Shown in pieces: positions 26,046 to 35,280 of a stretch of DNA of 64,000 nucleotides. Source of the stretch: an uncultured virus (IMG/VR IMGVR_UViG_3300042387_001477) (taxonomy: Duplodnaviria > Heunggongvirae > Uroviricota > Caudoviricetes); the IMG/VR virus record IMGVR_UViG_3300042387_001477; one strand, 5' to 3'. The translations under genes and the position numbers were made by a program. The stretch's first letter is position 1. Each line of letters starts with the position of its first letter. The notes below the pieces were generated by a model that did no database searches, was not told where the DNA came from, and was given only the letters and a program-made list of their open reading frames with translations.

Positions 26046-26738
26046 TCAGGGTTGGAAAACCCTACCCCATCCATCGTTTCCTGCAGGGCACCATCTACGG
26101 GATAGTTCTGATCTCTTATATACAGCTCCTTTACCATTAGTTACTGCTCCAGTATAGCCATCATTAAGTGAACCGTATGGATCATTGACTACATAATCTC
26201 CTGCTGGAGTCTTACCAATTACTACAACCATGTGCCCGCCAGTAGGTGCAGATAAAGAACCCCTGTGCAAGATACCAATAACCACAGGTCTGCCTTTGGA
26301 TAGCTCACTATCAAGAGCATTAAAAGTGAGATTGTAACTAAAGTGTGACTTAATACCATAGCTTGCAAGAACTTTGGTTTGAACCACATGATCAGTTGTA
26401 TCACCGATTGAGAATACCTTTTGAACATATGCATCATCACCCTTAGGTCCTTTTAAAGTGCCAGGTTTAAAATACTCAAGACACATAGCACAAGCAGAAC
26501 TGTTACAAGTACGGTTAGCATCTCTGTAATTATCTGTCTGTGGGAAGAATGGAACTTCTAGGATATTTGATTTTGGTTTATCTGGCTTAGTCCTAAAAAT
26601 TCTAACCCAGTTAGCTTCATCCTGCATTAGCTCCTGAGCTTTGATAACTAGATCCTTTTCAAATTGCTCTACCGCAGCTACATGCTTTGGATTAGTTTCG
26701 TCGTAGTGTTTAAAAAAGTTGTGTAAGTCAATTTGCAT
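26046..26738 (-). CDS. C39-like cysteine peptidase
   Basis: VPFFPQTDN..RTCNSSACAM (Cys), GRPVV, GGHMVVVIG (His), VNDPYG (Asp). Confidence 0.85.
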   Translation of the reverse strand: MQIDLHNFFKHYDETNPKHVAAVEQFEKDLVIKAQELMQDEANWVRIFRTKPDKPKSNILEVPFFPQTDNYRDANRTCNSSACAMCLEYFKPGTLKGPKGDDAYVQKVFSIGDTTDHVVQTKVLASYGIKSHFSYNLTFNALDSELSKGRPVVIGILHRGSLSAPTGGHMVVVIGKTPAGDYVVNDPYGSLNDGYTGAVTNGKGAVYKRSELSRRWCPAGNDGWGRVFQP

Positions 26739-27072
26739 TGGTCTCTCCGAATAGTTTGATAAAGTACTCTGCATCAACAACGACTAAAGGTTTCTTGTGA
26801 TTTTTTTTCATGACTACAATAGGTTCATAATTTCCACAGTTAGCTTTAGCTTGTTCATAAGCTTCCCATACATTCAACTTCTCAACATTCTTACATTCAA
26901 TAGAAAAAGGAAACTTACTTCTAGCAGCTCTGGCCATGATTAAATCTTCACCACCAGCACCCATAGATCTTGATTCAATATCTTCAGGATGTACATCTAG
27001 TTGTTCTATGAGTTGATCTCTAACCCACTTCTGTAGATTCCTACCTTTAGCTTTAGCACTCTGAGGTTTCAT
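26728..27072 (-). CDS. PD-(D/E)XK endonuclease (Holliday-junction-resolvase-like)
   Basis: SAKAKGR.LQ, SMGAGGEDL, IECKN, AYEQA. Confidence 0.75.
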   Translation of the reverse strand: MKPQSAKAKGRNLQKWVRDQLIEQLDVHPEDIESRSMGAGGEDLIMARAARSKFPFSIECKNVEKLNVWEAYEQAKANCGNYEPIVVMKKNHKKPLVVVDAEYFIKLFGETNAN

Positions 27073-27104
27073 AATATATCTCTAAGTAATATCTAAGATA
27101 TTTA

Positions 27105-27152
27105 TCTGAACCCTGACAGAGTTATTATACAGGGTTTTACGGGTCTTGTCAA
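27105..27152 (-). promoter_or_regulatory. sigma70 promoter plus conserved initial transcribed sequence (copy 1)
   Basis: TTGACAAGAC-N12-GTATAATAACTCTGTCAGGGTTCAGA; matching copy at 56138-56185 on the plus strand. Confidence 0.8.
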
Positions 27153-27274
27153 GCCCCCATATCGAAAATCCTTAATAAGCCAGAAAACATGCTTTTTTTC
27201 TACGGTTTTACTAGGGTTCTCAGCCATAAAAAAAGAGACCCCATAGGGTCTCAGGAAAAGGTTTGAGCTTAAAA

Positions 27275-28582
27275 TCAGCCTTCTAGAATCTCAGAGATCC
27301 ATGCATCTGACATGTTAGCCATGATAGATTGAGCATCTTCTGGAGTATCGGCATAGCCTTCATCTAGGAGATGAGCAAGAACTACATCATAAAGATCTTC
27401 TCTTTCTTCTGAATAATAGTTTTCAACAATCTGATTTACTTCATGATCGCTAAATGAATCAAGAACTTCAACTGCCTGGTCAAAGGTTTCAGCATAACCT
27501 TCGTTAATTAGATATTCAAGAATAAAATCAAAATCCTCACCGAGTCTCTTTCTTCCTTGTTTTATAGCTCTACTCATAGCTAAAGCTCTTTGAGATGGGC
27601 GTCTTAGATTTCCACCAGGAGTTCGTGTTCCTGCACCCACAGGAGGAAGTGCTCTTCCGGTTGAAGAAGGTTCAACAGAATTTTTAATTGCACCGCCTAC
27701 ATTCCTATAAGGAGCAGGAGATCTTGGACCTTTTGGTGCTGGAGATGGACCTTGTTGGGGTTTGAATGTTCTGTTTACATTCTGTCCACCAGGTCTCCAA
27801 GTTGGTTTTGATGATGATGATGATGATGCTGGTTTTGGACCCTGCTGAGGTTTGAATGTTCTGTTTACATTCTGCCCACCAGGTCTCCATGTTGGTTTTG
27901 ATGATGATGCTGATGATGATGGTTTTGATTCAAACTCAGAAGTATCCGCACGTCTTGCAGCAGAAGCTTGGGCTCTTGCTGCTCTTCTCATTTGACGACC
28001 AGTTTCTCTTGCCTTTGCTTCCTTTGCTGCTTGTCCACTAAATTCTTTCTTGGCAGCACTATACCCAGCTTTTGCGGATTTTTTAACATTACTCAAAAAT
28101 CCTTTAACTTTCTCCTTGGCAGATGATAGTTTGCGTCCAACTTCAGCAGCGCCTCCCATAGCAGCAGAAGCAGCACCAGCACCTAAAGTCTTTGCTCTAT
28201 CTGCAATATTACGACCAGCACGAACTGCAGCAACTTGCATTCTTTTTATTGCATGTTTTCTGCCAACTCTTTCACGCTCAGCAGACTTTTCTCTCTTTGC
28301 GGTTGCCGCTGCGGATTTTCTCTCACGAGTTGCTTTGTTTTGCAGTCTATTCATTCTTTCCATTTCACTTTCTTCGGAAAGAATCTGAGAGTCAAGTAAT
28401 TGCACACACTCGTTAAGTTTGAACTCACCTTCAGAAAAAATGGCTTCCATAATTATGGTAAGCTCATTATCGGAAAGATCATCAACAAATGATAAATCTT
28501 CTTCAACTGCGAAAATATCTTCTCTTAGTTCGTCGTCATATACGGCGAAGTAAGACTCATAAAGTTTTTGGGTACTTGTCAT
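27275..28582 (-). CDS. Low-complexity protein with acidic ends and basic core; candidate internal virion protein
   Basis: Repeated LEYLINEGYA / LAHLLDEGYA motifs; Arg/Lys/Ala-rich middle; TAAATA upstream. Confidence 0.65.
   Translation of the reverse strand: MTSTQKLYESYFAVYDDELREDIFAVEEDLSFVDDLSDNELTIIMEAIFSEGEFKLNECVQLLDSQILSEESEMERMNRLQNKATRERKSAAATAKREKSAERERVGRKHAIKRMQVAAVRAGRNIADRAKTLGAGAASAAMGGAAEVGRKLSSAKEKVKGFLSNVKKSAKAGYSAAKKEFSGQAAKEAKARETGRQMRRAARAQASAARRADTSEFESKPSSSASSSKPTWRPGGQNVNRTFKPQQGPKPASSSSSSKPTWRPGGQNVNRTFKPQQGPSPAPKGPRSPAPYRNVGGAIKNSVEPSSTGRALPPVGAGTRTPGGNLRRPSQRALAMSRAIKQGRKRLGEDFDFILEYLINEGYAETFDQAVEVLDSFSDHEVNQIVENYYSEEREDLYDVVLAHLLDEGYADTPEDAQSIMANMSDAWISEILEG
27747..27928. 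repeat. Two tandem ~90-nt coding repeats with a GAT microsatellite
   Basis: ggtttgaatgttctgtttacattctg(t/c)ccaccaggtctcca occurs twice; encodes SSSKPTWRPGGQNVNRTFKPQQGP twice. Confidence 0.9.
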
Positions 28583-28637
28583 TGGAGTTTCTATAAATGT
28601 TACTTTATAGTATTATTTATAAAAACTCCCGCATTGA

Positions 28638-29801
28638 CTACAGTTTAAACCCAGAGAAAGTATCGTTCTTCATGTCTTGTTTGATGCCACCAATCACATA
28701 AGATTCAATCTCTGTTTCTTGGGGAGCATTCTGCATCATCTTAGAATTTAGCCAATGCTCAGTCCAAGGAAGTGGATTGTTTGACATTGAAATATCAAAC
28801 ATTGGCTTCAGTCCAATAGACTTCATCCTACGGTTTGCAATGTACTCAACATAGGAGGATAGTAGTTTTGCATTCAAGCCAATCATTGAACCATCTTTGA
28901 ACAGATACTCTGCCCAAGCTTTCTCTTCATTTACTGCACGGGCATACATTTGACGTACATTATCTTGCTCTTCTTCAATGATTTCTAGCATCTGTGGATC
29001 ATCACCATTCTTCCAATTCTTGATAATGTTCTGAGTAATACCTAGATGCTGAGATTCATCACGAGCAATCAAGCCAATGATCTTAGCAGATCCTTCCATG
29101 AGTTTAAGTTCACCAAATGCAAACGAACATGCAAAGGAAACATAGAAACGAATGCCCTCAAGAATATTCACATTCATGACAGCACGATATAGTTTTCTCT
29201 TTAGTTCTTTGAGTTCAATGTTTGCAGTAGTATGATCGCCAAGTTCCCATAGCTTACCGCCACCCCATTGCTGGGCAGACTCAATTAGTTCATCGTAGGC
29301 TTGAGTTACACTGGTTGCACGTTCTAGAATCTTTTCATCATCAAGAATAGTATCAAATACTTCAGATACATCTGAGTATACATTCTTGATGATATAGGTA
29401 TATGAGCGACTATGAATCATCTCCATAGTTTCCCAGATGGTCATACAAGCTTCCAGTTCTGGAAGTGAGCAGTATGGTAGAAATGCCATGCCAGGACCAC
29501 GACCCTGAACGGAATCAAGCATGATCTGATACTTCAAATTTGAAGTAAAGATGTGCTTTTGTTCAGGGCGAAGTGTTTGATAATCTGCACGATCTTTTTG
29601 GAGGGAGACCTCCTCAGGTCTCCAGAAATATCCAAGCTGTTGCTGGGTGAGCTTTTCAAAGATAGGATACTTGTATGAATCATACCTTTGAACTCCAAGA
29701 GGAGCACCAAAAAACATTGGTTGCTTTTTGGTGTCTACATGATTGCTGTTGAATACGGTCATACCCTTGATTTCACTGTTGGTATTTTTGATGAATTGCA
29801 T
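28638..29801 (-). CDS. nrdB: Ribonucleotide reductase class Ia beta subunit
   Basis: FWRPEE, LDSVQGR, EMIHSRSYT, LEGIRFYVSF, IARDESQH, PQETEIESY. Confidence 0.97.
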   Translation of the reverse strand: MQFIKNTNSEIKGMTVFNSNHVDTKKQPMFFGAPLGVQRYDSYKYPIFEKLTQQQLGYFWRPEEVSLQKDRADYQTLRPEQKHIFTSNLKYQIMLDSVQGRGPGMAFLPYCSLPELEACMTIWETMEMIHSRSYTYIIKNVYSDVSEVFDTILDDEKILERATSVTQAYDELIESAQQWGGGKLWELGDHTTANIELKELKRKLYRAVMNVNILEGIRFYVSFACSFAFGELKLMEGSAKIIGLIARDESQHLGITQNIIKNWKNGDDPQMLEIIEEEQDNVRQMYARAVNEEKAWAEYLFKDGSMIGLNAKLLSSYVEYIANRRMKSIGLKPMFDISMSNNPLPWTEHWLNSKMMQNAPQETEIESYVIGGIKQDMKNDTFSGFKL

Positions 29802-29812
29802 GTAAGTTCTCC

Positions 29813-32113
29813 TTAGATTTTGCAGCTTTCGCAGTCGTCGTCTGATTCTAGTTGAGCAAGTAATTGAGTTAATGCTTCACCTTTTTCTTCTACATCTCCG
29901 TCAGACTTACTATCATAGGTGTTCTGATAGTAGCTTGTCTTCCAGCCATACTTGTATGTTGATAGAAGATCTTGAGCCATAACAGATACTGGAACTTCAT
30001 TATCTGGATAGTTCTCTGGATTGTAACTCCAGTTACCAGAGATTGCCTGGTCAAAGAACTTTTGCATCACAGCAACAATATTAATATAACCAGTGTTGCT
30101 AGGCATATCCCAGAGAAGCGTATAGTTCTTCTTGAGAGATTGATAGCTGGGAACAATTTGCTTAAGTGGTCCCTTCTTTGATTTTTTAACGGACAAGTAA
30201 TCTCTAGGTGGCTCGATTCCATTTGTTTCATTTGACACAACGGAACTGCTCTCAGAAGGCATTTGTGCGGACAATGTTGAGTGCCTGAGACCGTGAGCCA
30301 GGATGGATGTTCTAAGAGTTTCCCAATCATACTGAAGATCGTTTGGTGTGATTTCGTCTACATCTTTTTTGTATGTATCGATTGGGAGAACACCATGAGA
30401 ATACTTAGTACGACCAAAATAATCACACTTACCCTTTTCAATAGCAAGTTGATTGGATGCCTTGAGAAGATAATACTGGAATGCTTCTGTCAGATCGTGA
30501 ACTAGTTTCCATGCTTGGGGGTCTTCATACTTTACTCCATTACGAGCAAGGAAGTGAGCAAGACCAATGTAGCCAACACCAAGAGAACGACGTGCCTTGG
30601 TTGAAATACGTGCAGCTTCGATTGGATAATCTTGATAATCAATCAGTTCATCTAGGGCACGAATAGACAGATCGCATAGTTCTTCCATCTCATCAAAGTT
30701 GCTAATCTTACCTACATTAACTGCAGATAGAATACAAAGTGCAATTTCGCCACTTGAATCATCAATATGATTGATGGGAACTGTTGGAAGTGTAATCTCT
30801 TGGCAGAGATTAGACATGTTCACTTTATCAAGGAAGGAAGAGTGTGAATTGCAATGGTCGATATTCATGATGTAAATACGACCTGTTTCTGCACGTTCCT
30901 TGAGGATGTTTAGAAATAGTTCTTGAGCGCCGATAGTTTTTCTTGGAATAGATGTATCTCGTTCATAAGATACATATAGCTCGTCAAATCTATCAGTGCC
31001 AAAAGCATCATACAAACCAGGAACGTCGTGTGGAGAGAAGAGTGAGACTTCTCCGTTTTGAATGAATCGTTCATAGAAGATCTTGCTAATTTGAATGCTA
31101 TAGTCTAGCTTACGAACTCTGTTATCTTCAGTTCCTTTATTATTCTTTAGAACTATGATGTCTTCAATTTCTTGATGCCAAATAGGAAAATGAACTGTAG
31201 CTGAGCCACCTCGTATGCCGTTTTGAGTGCAACACCTGACCGTCGCTTCAAATTTCTTGAGAAACGGAATGACTCCTGTATGTGCGACTTCTCCTCCACG
31301 GATTTTGCTATTGATACCCCTGATTCGGCCTGCGTTGATACCGATTCCTGCACGCTGAGCCACATAACGGCCAATAGCCATGTCAGAGCTGAAGATAGAG
31401 TTAAGAGAATCGTCAGAATCAATAAGCACACAAGAAGCAAATTGACGAAGAGGGGTTCTAACACCTGCCATAATTGGCGTGGGAATGTTAATTCGGTGTT
31501 TGGAGATTGCGTTGTAGTATCGTTTGACATAATCAAGTCTAGTTTCCTTTGGATATTCTGCAAACATGGTTGCAGAAATTAGCATGTACATGTATTGGGG
31601 AGTTTCATATATTGTCTTTGAACTCCTGTCTTGTACAAGATATTTGTCTACTACTTGCCTGAGTCCAGCATAAGTAAAGATATAATCTCTTTCATGATCA
31701 ATCCAAGAATTAATTTTGTCCCATTCATCATCAGTATACTTTCCAGAAAGGGCTTTATCATAAACACCTTTCATTACCCCATGATATAGATGATCTCCTA
31801 TTGAGGGGAACCCGTTCTTCCAATTAGCTCCAAAGACTTGCTTATATAAACCGAAAAGCAAGAGACGAGCAGCAACATACTGATAATTTGGATTATCGAG
31901 ACTGATAAGGTCGCTAGCTGACCTAACCAGGATTTCTTGGATTTCATCTGTTGTAATCCCATCATAAAATTGAAGACCAGACTGAATCTCCACTTGAGAT
32001 GCACTAACACCTGCTAATCCACCACAAGCACATTCAACCATGTTATGAATCTTGTCTAGATCTAGAGATTCAAAAGTACCATTACGTTTTTTAACTTTAG
32101 TACCGTTACTCAT
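29813..32113 (-). CDS. nrdA: Ribonucleotide reductase class Ia alpha subunit
   Basis: ATP cone VKKRNG, RQFASC, SNLCQEI, KTSYY, C-terminal CESCKI. Confidence 0.97.
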   Translation of the reverse strand: MSNGTKVKKRNGTFESLDLDKIHNMVECACGGLAGVSASQVEIQSGLQFYDGITTDEIQEILVRSASDLISLDNPNYQYVAARLLLFGLYKQVFGANWKNGFPSIGDHLYHGVMKGVYDKALSGKYTDDEWDKINSWIDHERDYIFTYAGLRQVVDKYLVQDRSSKTIYETPQYMYMLISATMFAEYPKETRLDYVKRYYNAISKHRINIPTPIMAGVRTPLRQFASCVLIDSDDSLNSIFSSDMAIGRYVAQRAGIGINAGRIRGINSKIRGGEVAHTGVIPFLKKFEATVRCCTQNGIRGGSATVHFPIWHQEIEDIIVLKNNKGTEDNRVRKLDYSIQISKIFYERFIQNGEVSLFSPHDVPGLYDAFGTDRFDELYVSYERDTSIPRKTIGAQELFLNILKERAETGRIYIMNIDHCNSHSSFLDKVNMSNLCQEITLPTVPINHIDDSSGEIALCILSAVNVGKISNFDEMEELCDLSIRALDELIDYQDYPIEAARISTKARRSLGVGYIGLAHFLARNGVKYEDPQAWKLVHDLTEAFQYYLLKASNQLAIEKGKCDYFGRTKYSHGVLPIDTYKKDVDEITPNDLQYDWETLRTSILAHGLRHSTLSAQMPSESSSVVSNETNGIEPPRDYLSVKKSKKGPLKQIVPSYQSLKKNYTLLWDMPSNTGYINIVAVMQKFFDQAISGNWSYNPENYPDNEVPVSVMAQDLLSTYKYGWKTSYYQNTYDSKSDGDVEEKGEALTQLLAQLESDDDCESCKI

Positions 32114-33090
32114 ACTTTCTTCCATGTAGTAAATTTAACTTTAGCTTCCAACCCCTGATAGGTATTGTCTGTAACTAATTGCTGTGGGTTGAGTCCAGCA
32201 ATAATCATATCGTTTATATCCTTTTCTTTGACATTAGAAGGCCAAATAACCACCTTCTCTCCTGCACTGATAAGTTTGTCATAGCGTTGAACAATTTGAA
32301 GATTGCGAGGTTCGTTGTCTAAAATGAAAACTCTATCTTTGTAGATAGACTTTTCTAGATATACATCAGATCCACACATGGCAATTGCATTAGACAGAAA
32401 AAGAGAGTCGAAAGGACCCTCTGTGACATAGATGGTTTTGTCGAAATCTAAAGAATCAAGTCCAAATAGTTTAGCGTACTTATCATCCAGGATGGTAGTA
32501 ATATAGCGTAGTTTTGCAGTTTTGTCAAGAGCCCTCCCCTGATATCCAAAAAGTTTTCCACTTTTGGACATGAGTGGGATGATGATTCTAGACTCTTTGA
32601 TTTTTGTTTCAGTCTTGGCCCAAGCATGAAAATCCTCGGCGTAATAGAATTTAGAAAAGAACTTTTCTGGGATCTGTCTGTTGAGAAGGTATTTTTTTGC
32701 TGGGTGTGAATTATTTAGTTCTGATATCTTTTCCAGCTCTGATAATGGAGTCTTTTTAAATACTGGTTTCTGAAACTCAAACTTAGGCTCTGCAGTGTTT
32801 GAACCACGACCAGTCAATCCAGACTTAAATCTCTCCATGACATATTCATCATGGACAGTGACATCTAGATCCTTTAGAAAATTAGCTAATGAACGTCCTA
32901 CCCCACAGTTATGGCACTTGAATACCATGTCTGCATTTTTTCGGTAGAGGAATCCCCTTGCACGGTTTTTATTTTTCGTAGAGTCACCGCAATAAGGACA
33001 CCTAAAGTTATATAGATTATCTTTCTTCTTTGCAAATTTGTCTAGTCTAATTGAAATGAGATTAATGTATTTGATGTCAATGTAACTCAT
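32110..33090 (-). CDS. gp61: DNA primase gp61
   Basis: NFRCPYCGDS, FKCHNC, YQGR, TEGPFDSLF, DNEPRN, KDIND. Confidence 0.95.
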   Translation of the reverse strand: MSYIDIKYINLISIRLDKFAKKKDNLYNFRCPYCGDSTKNKNRARGFLYRKNADMVFKCHNCGVGRSLANFLKDLDVTVHDEYVMERFKSGLTGRGSNTAEPKFEFQKPVFKKTPLSELEKISELNNSHPAKKYLLNRQIPEKFFSKFYYAEDFHAWAKTETKIKESRIIIPLMSKSGKLFGYQGRALDKTAKLRYITTILDDKYAKLFGLDSLDFDKTIYVTEGPFDSLFLSNAIAMCGSDVYLEKSIYKDRVFILDNEPRNLQIVQRYDKLISAGEKVVIWPSNVKEKDINDMIIAGLNPQQLVTDNTYQGLEAKVKFTTWKKV

Positions 33091-33503
33091 TTTTTGGTGG
33101 TTTGCTCAGTCCCTCCATTATAGGGCATTGCGAGCATGTTGTCAATGAATGGGACCACCAGGCCGACCACTAGGACAACTGCCCCTGAGATGGCGGCCAC
33201 CTGCCACCTAAACTTTAATAAATCTCCAACTGTTTTTTCTACTTCTTCTACTCTTTCAATAACGTTTTTATGTTCTTCAGTATTACTTTTTTTGATATCA
33301 TGCACCATACTAATAATAACTTCATCAGATTTAGATGTTTGCTCTAGTCTCTCTTCATGAATAGCCAACATTTTACTGATTGTTTGACTAGTCTCGCTAA
33401 TCTTTTCTATTGCAGATTCAATCTTTCTCATCATTTGCTCGTATATGTTTAGCTTCTCTTCCAGTAAAGCTAATTTAGTTTCTGTAGTTTGAGACTGAAA
33501 CAT
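33087..33503 (-). CDS. Coiled-coil protein with C-terminal transmembrane helix
   Basis: IEKISE..MLAIHEERL; hydrophobic segment after KFRW. Confidence 0.65.
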   Translation of the reverse strand: MFQSQTTETKLALLEEKLNIYEQMMRKIESAIEKISETSQTISKMLAIHEERLEQTSKSDEVIISMVHDIKKSNTEEHKNVIERVEEVEKTVGDLLKFRWQVAAISGAVVLVVGLVVPFIDNMLAMPYNGGTEQTTKK

Positions 33504-33517
33504 GCTACCTCTATTGG

Positions 33518-33904
33518 TTATTGTGCTGGTTGGGAACCTCTAGTGGATGCGAATGTCGAAATCTTTTCAAATCCAGAAGAAGATGAATTGATTGTTTTAA
33601 TCATTTTAACTCTATTACTAGCGTTTAAGTTTCGATACAAGTCAACTAATTTATTTGCACCATCAGGAGAAACTTGAGCTTTCTCTCCATTATCAAACAT
33701 GACAACTCCTTGCTGGCCAGCTAATGCAATTTGCTTTAATTGGTCAATTACTTTACCGCCACTTTCAAATAATGTTTGTTCATTTACTTTTTTTCTCTTT
33801 TTTCTTTTAGACGCAGGAATTCCAGGTGGCTCAACACTTGGAGGGATTGATACTGCTGATCCATCACCAACACTATTAGCAGCAACTTCTTCGTTGTAAT
33901 TCAT
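33518..33904 (-). CDS. Hypothetical protein
   Basis: EEVAANSVGDG..PPG..KRKKRKK..E pattern seen in T4-like phages. Confidence 0.6.
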   Translation of the reverse strand: MNYNEEVAANSVGDGSAVSIPPSVEPPGIPASKRKKRKKVNEQTLFESGGKVIDQLKQIALAGQQGVVMFDNGEKAQVSPDGANKLVDLYRNLNASNRVKMIKTINSSSSGFEKISTFASTRGSQPAQ

Positions 33905-34263
33905 ATCTTGTTGAGTTCTTCTAAACAATAATTATCTGGACTTATATGGGGAATAGTGTCTGGTTCCAGTCGATCTAAAAATAATATAAAGGACTTCAAA
34001 TATGTCCAATATTGAGTTTCAATTTTGAAAAACAATAAAGGGGTCGCAGCGTCACCGAAAATATTATATACAACTATAATATGATTTAACAAAAGATGAG
34101 TTTTCAGAATTCCTGTTTTATCATATCTTTTAAGTAATCTTTTGATATACTTAAATCGTTTCAGGTCTTCAAGAAAATCATCTTTTGTCATCGCATTTGG
34201 GTTGTCATAATGTTTAATTGCAAATAACAAAAAGTTATCATCATTCAACTCATTAAATCTCAT
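33901..34263 (-). CDS. Conserved T4-like hypothetical protein
   Basis: NFLLFAIKHYDNP..DLKRFKYIKRLL..LLLNHII..YNIFG. Confidence 0.75.
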   Translation of the reverse strand: MRFNELNDDNFLLFAIKHYDNPNAMTKDDFLEDLKRFKYIKRLLKRYDKTGILKTHLLLNHIIVVYNIFGDAATPLLFFKIETQYWTYLKSFILFLDRLEPDTIPHISPDNYCLEELNKI

Positions 34264-34269
34264 TTATTA

Positions 34270-34872
34270 TCAGGTTCCAAATGTTAGTGTGGCAGTTCTA
34301 GAAATTACTTCTTCAGTACCACCAGTAGAGGTGATTTTTACTCTATACTTACTTCCAGAAACTGCAGATGTTGCTCCAGTTAAAGTTAGGGTATGAGTGG
34401 TAGAACCAGTGTAAATTCCAGTATTTGTTAGGTTGGTCCAACGAGTACCAGTTGGGGTTTGAATTTGCCACTGGTATAGTAAAGTTCCTGGAGTTCCAGT
34501 GGTAGTAGTTTGTCCAGATACAGTAAATGTTGCCCCGCCAGATGTTGTAGTAGCATTCTGTGGATATGCAACATTAATTGTTACTGAAGATGCAACGTCA
34601 GCTACAATAGCGTCATCAGCCTGAGTTTCAGTAGTATCTGGATTTCCAAGTGCAACTAGCTTCTCTGCCTTGTGGCGAGTATTCCCTGCATTATCAGTAT
34701 AGGTAAAATACGCCCACCAGCCAGGACCATCAATACCACGCTGACGGTTTTCGTTTAAACGAGCCTCAGTTTCATCAACAAAAACAATAGTTTTAGCCTG
34801 GGATGAAGGAGCAATAGTTCTTTCAACTTTGGTCTTGTTTGCGTTAGAGTCAGTTCTTCCGTATAAAGACAT
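34270..34872 (-). CDS. Virion structural protein with Ig-like domain
   Basis: PGWWAYFTY..RHKAEKLV; ATFTV..YQWQ..TLTL..YRVKI Ig-like strands; late promoter upstream. Confidence 0.75.
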   Translation of the reverse strand: MSLYGRTDSNANKTKVERTIAPSSQAKTIVFVDETEARLNENRQRGIDGPGWWAYFTYTDNAGNTRHKAEKLVALGNPDTTETQADDAIVADVASSVTINVAYPQNATTTSGGATFTVSGQTTTTGTPGTLLYQWQIQTPTGTRWTNLTNTGIYTGSTTHTLTLTGATSAVSGSKYRVKITSTGGTEEVISRTATLTFGT

Positions 34873-35074
34873 CTAAAAATCCTCTTGAAATTTTTATTCT
34901 ATTAATATTTATAAAAAATGGGGAGTCACCTCCCCAACATACGTTTAATTGTATTTTTAGTAAAATCTATTATAGTATTCTCTTTAAATCGTTTTGTTTT
35001 ACCTAAGTACTCTGAACCTGCTAAGAGTAGAATTAAAATTAACTCTACTCCCCAGTTCAGAAGTAAACATTCAA

Positions 35075-35248
35075 TCACTTACAATCTCTAAGAAGTGCAG
35101 TTCTTACAGTTGCAGCAAGTACATTATCAATATCATTATCAGTGGTATTTACATAACGATCAAGTAGTTCACAAACAAGTCTCTTAGTGTGGCAACTATT
35201 CATTGCAGCTAAGAGTAGTGGCTTAACTACGTCTACTAATACTCCCAT
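35075..35248 (-). CDS. Small conserved hypothetical protein
   Basis: MGVLVDVVKPLL...KRLVCELLDRYVNTTDNDID; GGAG Shine-Dalgarno; manual translation. Confidence 0.6.
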   Translation of the reverse strand: MGVLVDVVKPLLLAAMNSCHTKRLVCELLDRYVNTTDNDIDNVLAATVRTALLRDCK

Positions 35249-35280
35249 GATTTTCTCCTATAATGGATCATCTATATTTA

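Noticed and set aside
27747..27928. Tandem repeat as a CRISPR or DGR template/variable pair
   Set aside because: Two adjacent in-frame coding copies with no spacers, no adenine-specific pattern and no reverse transcriptase in the window.
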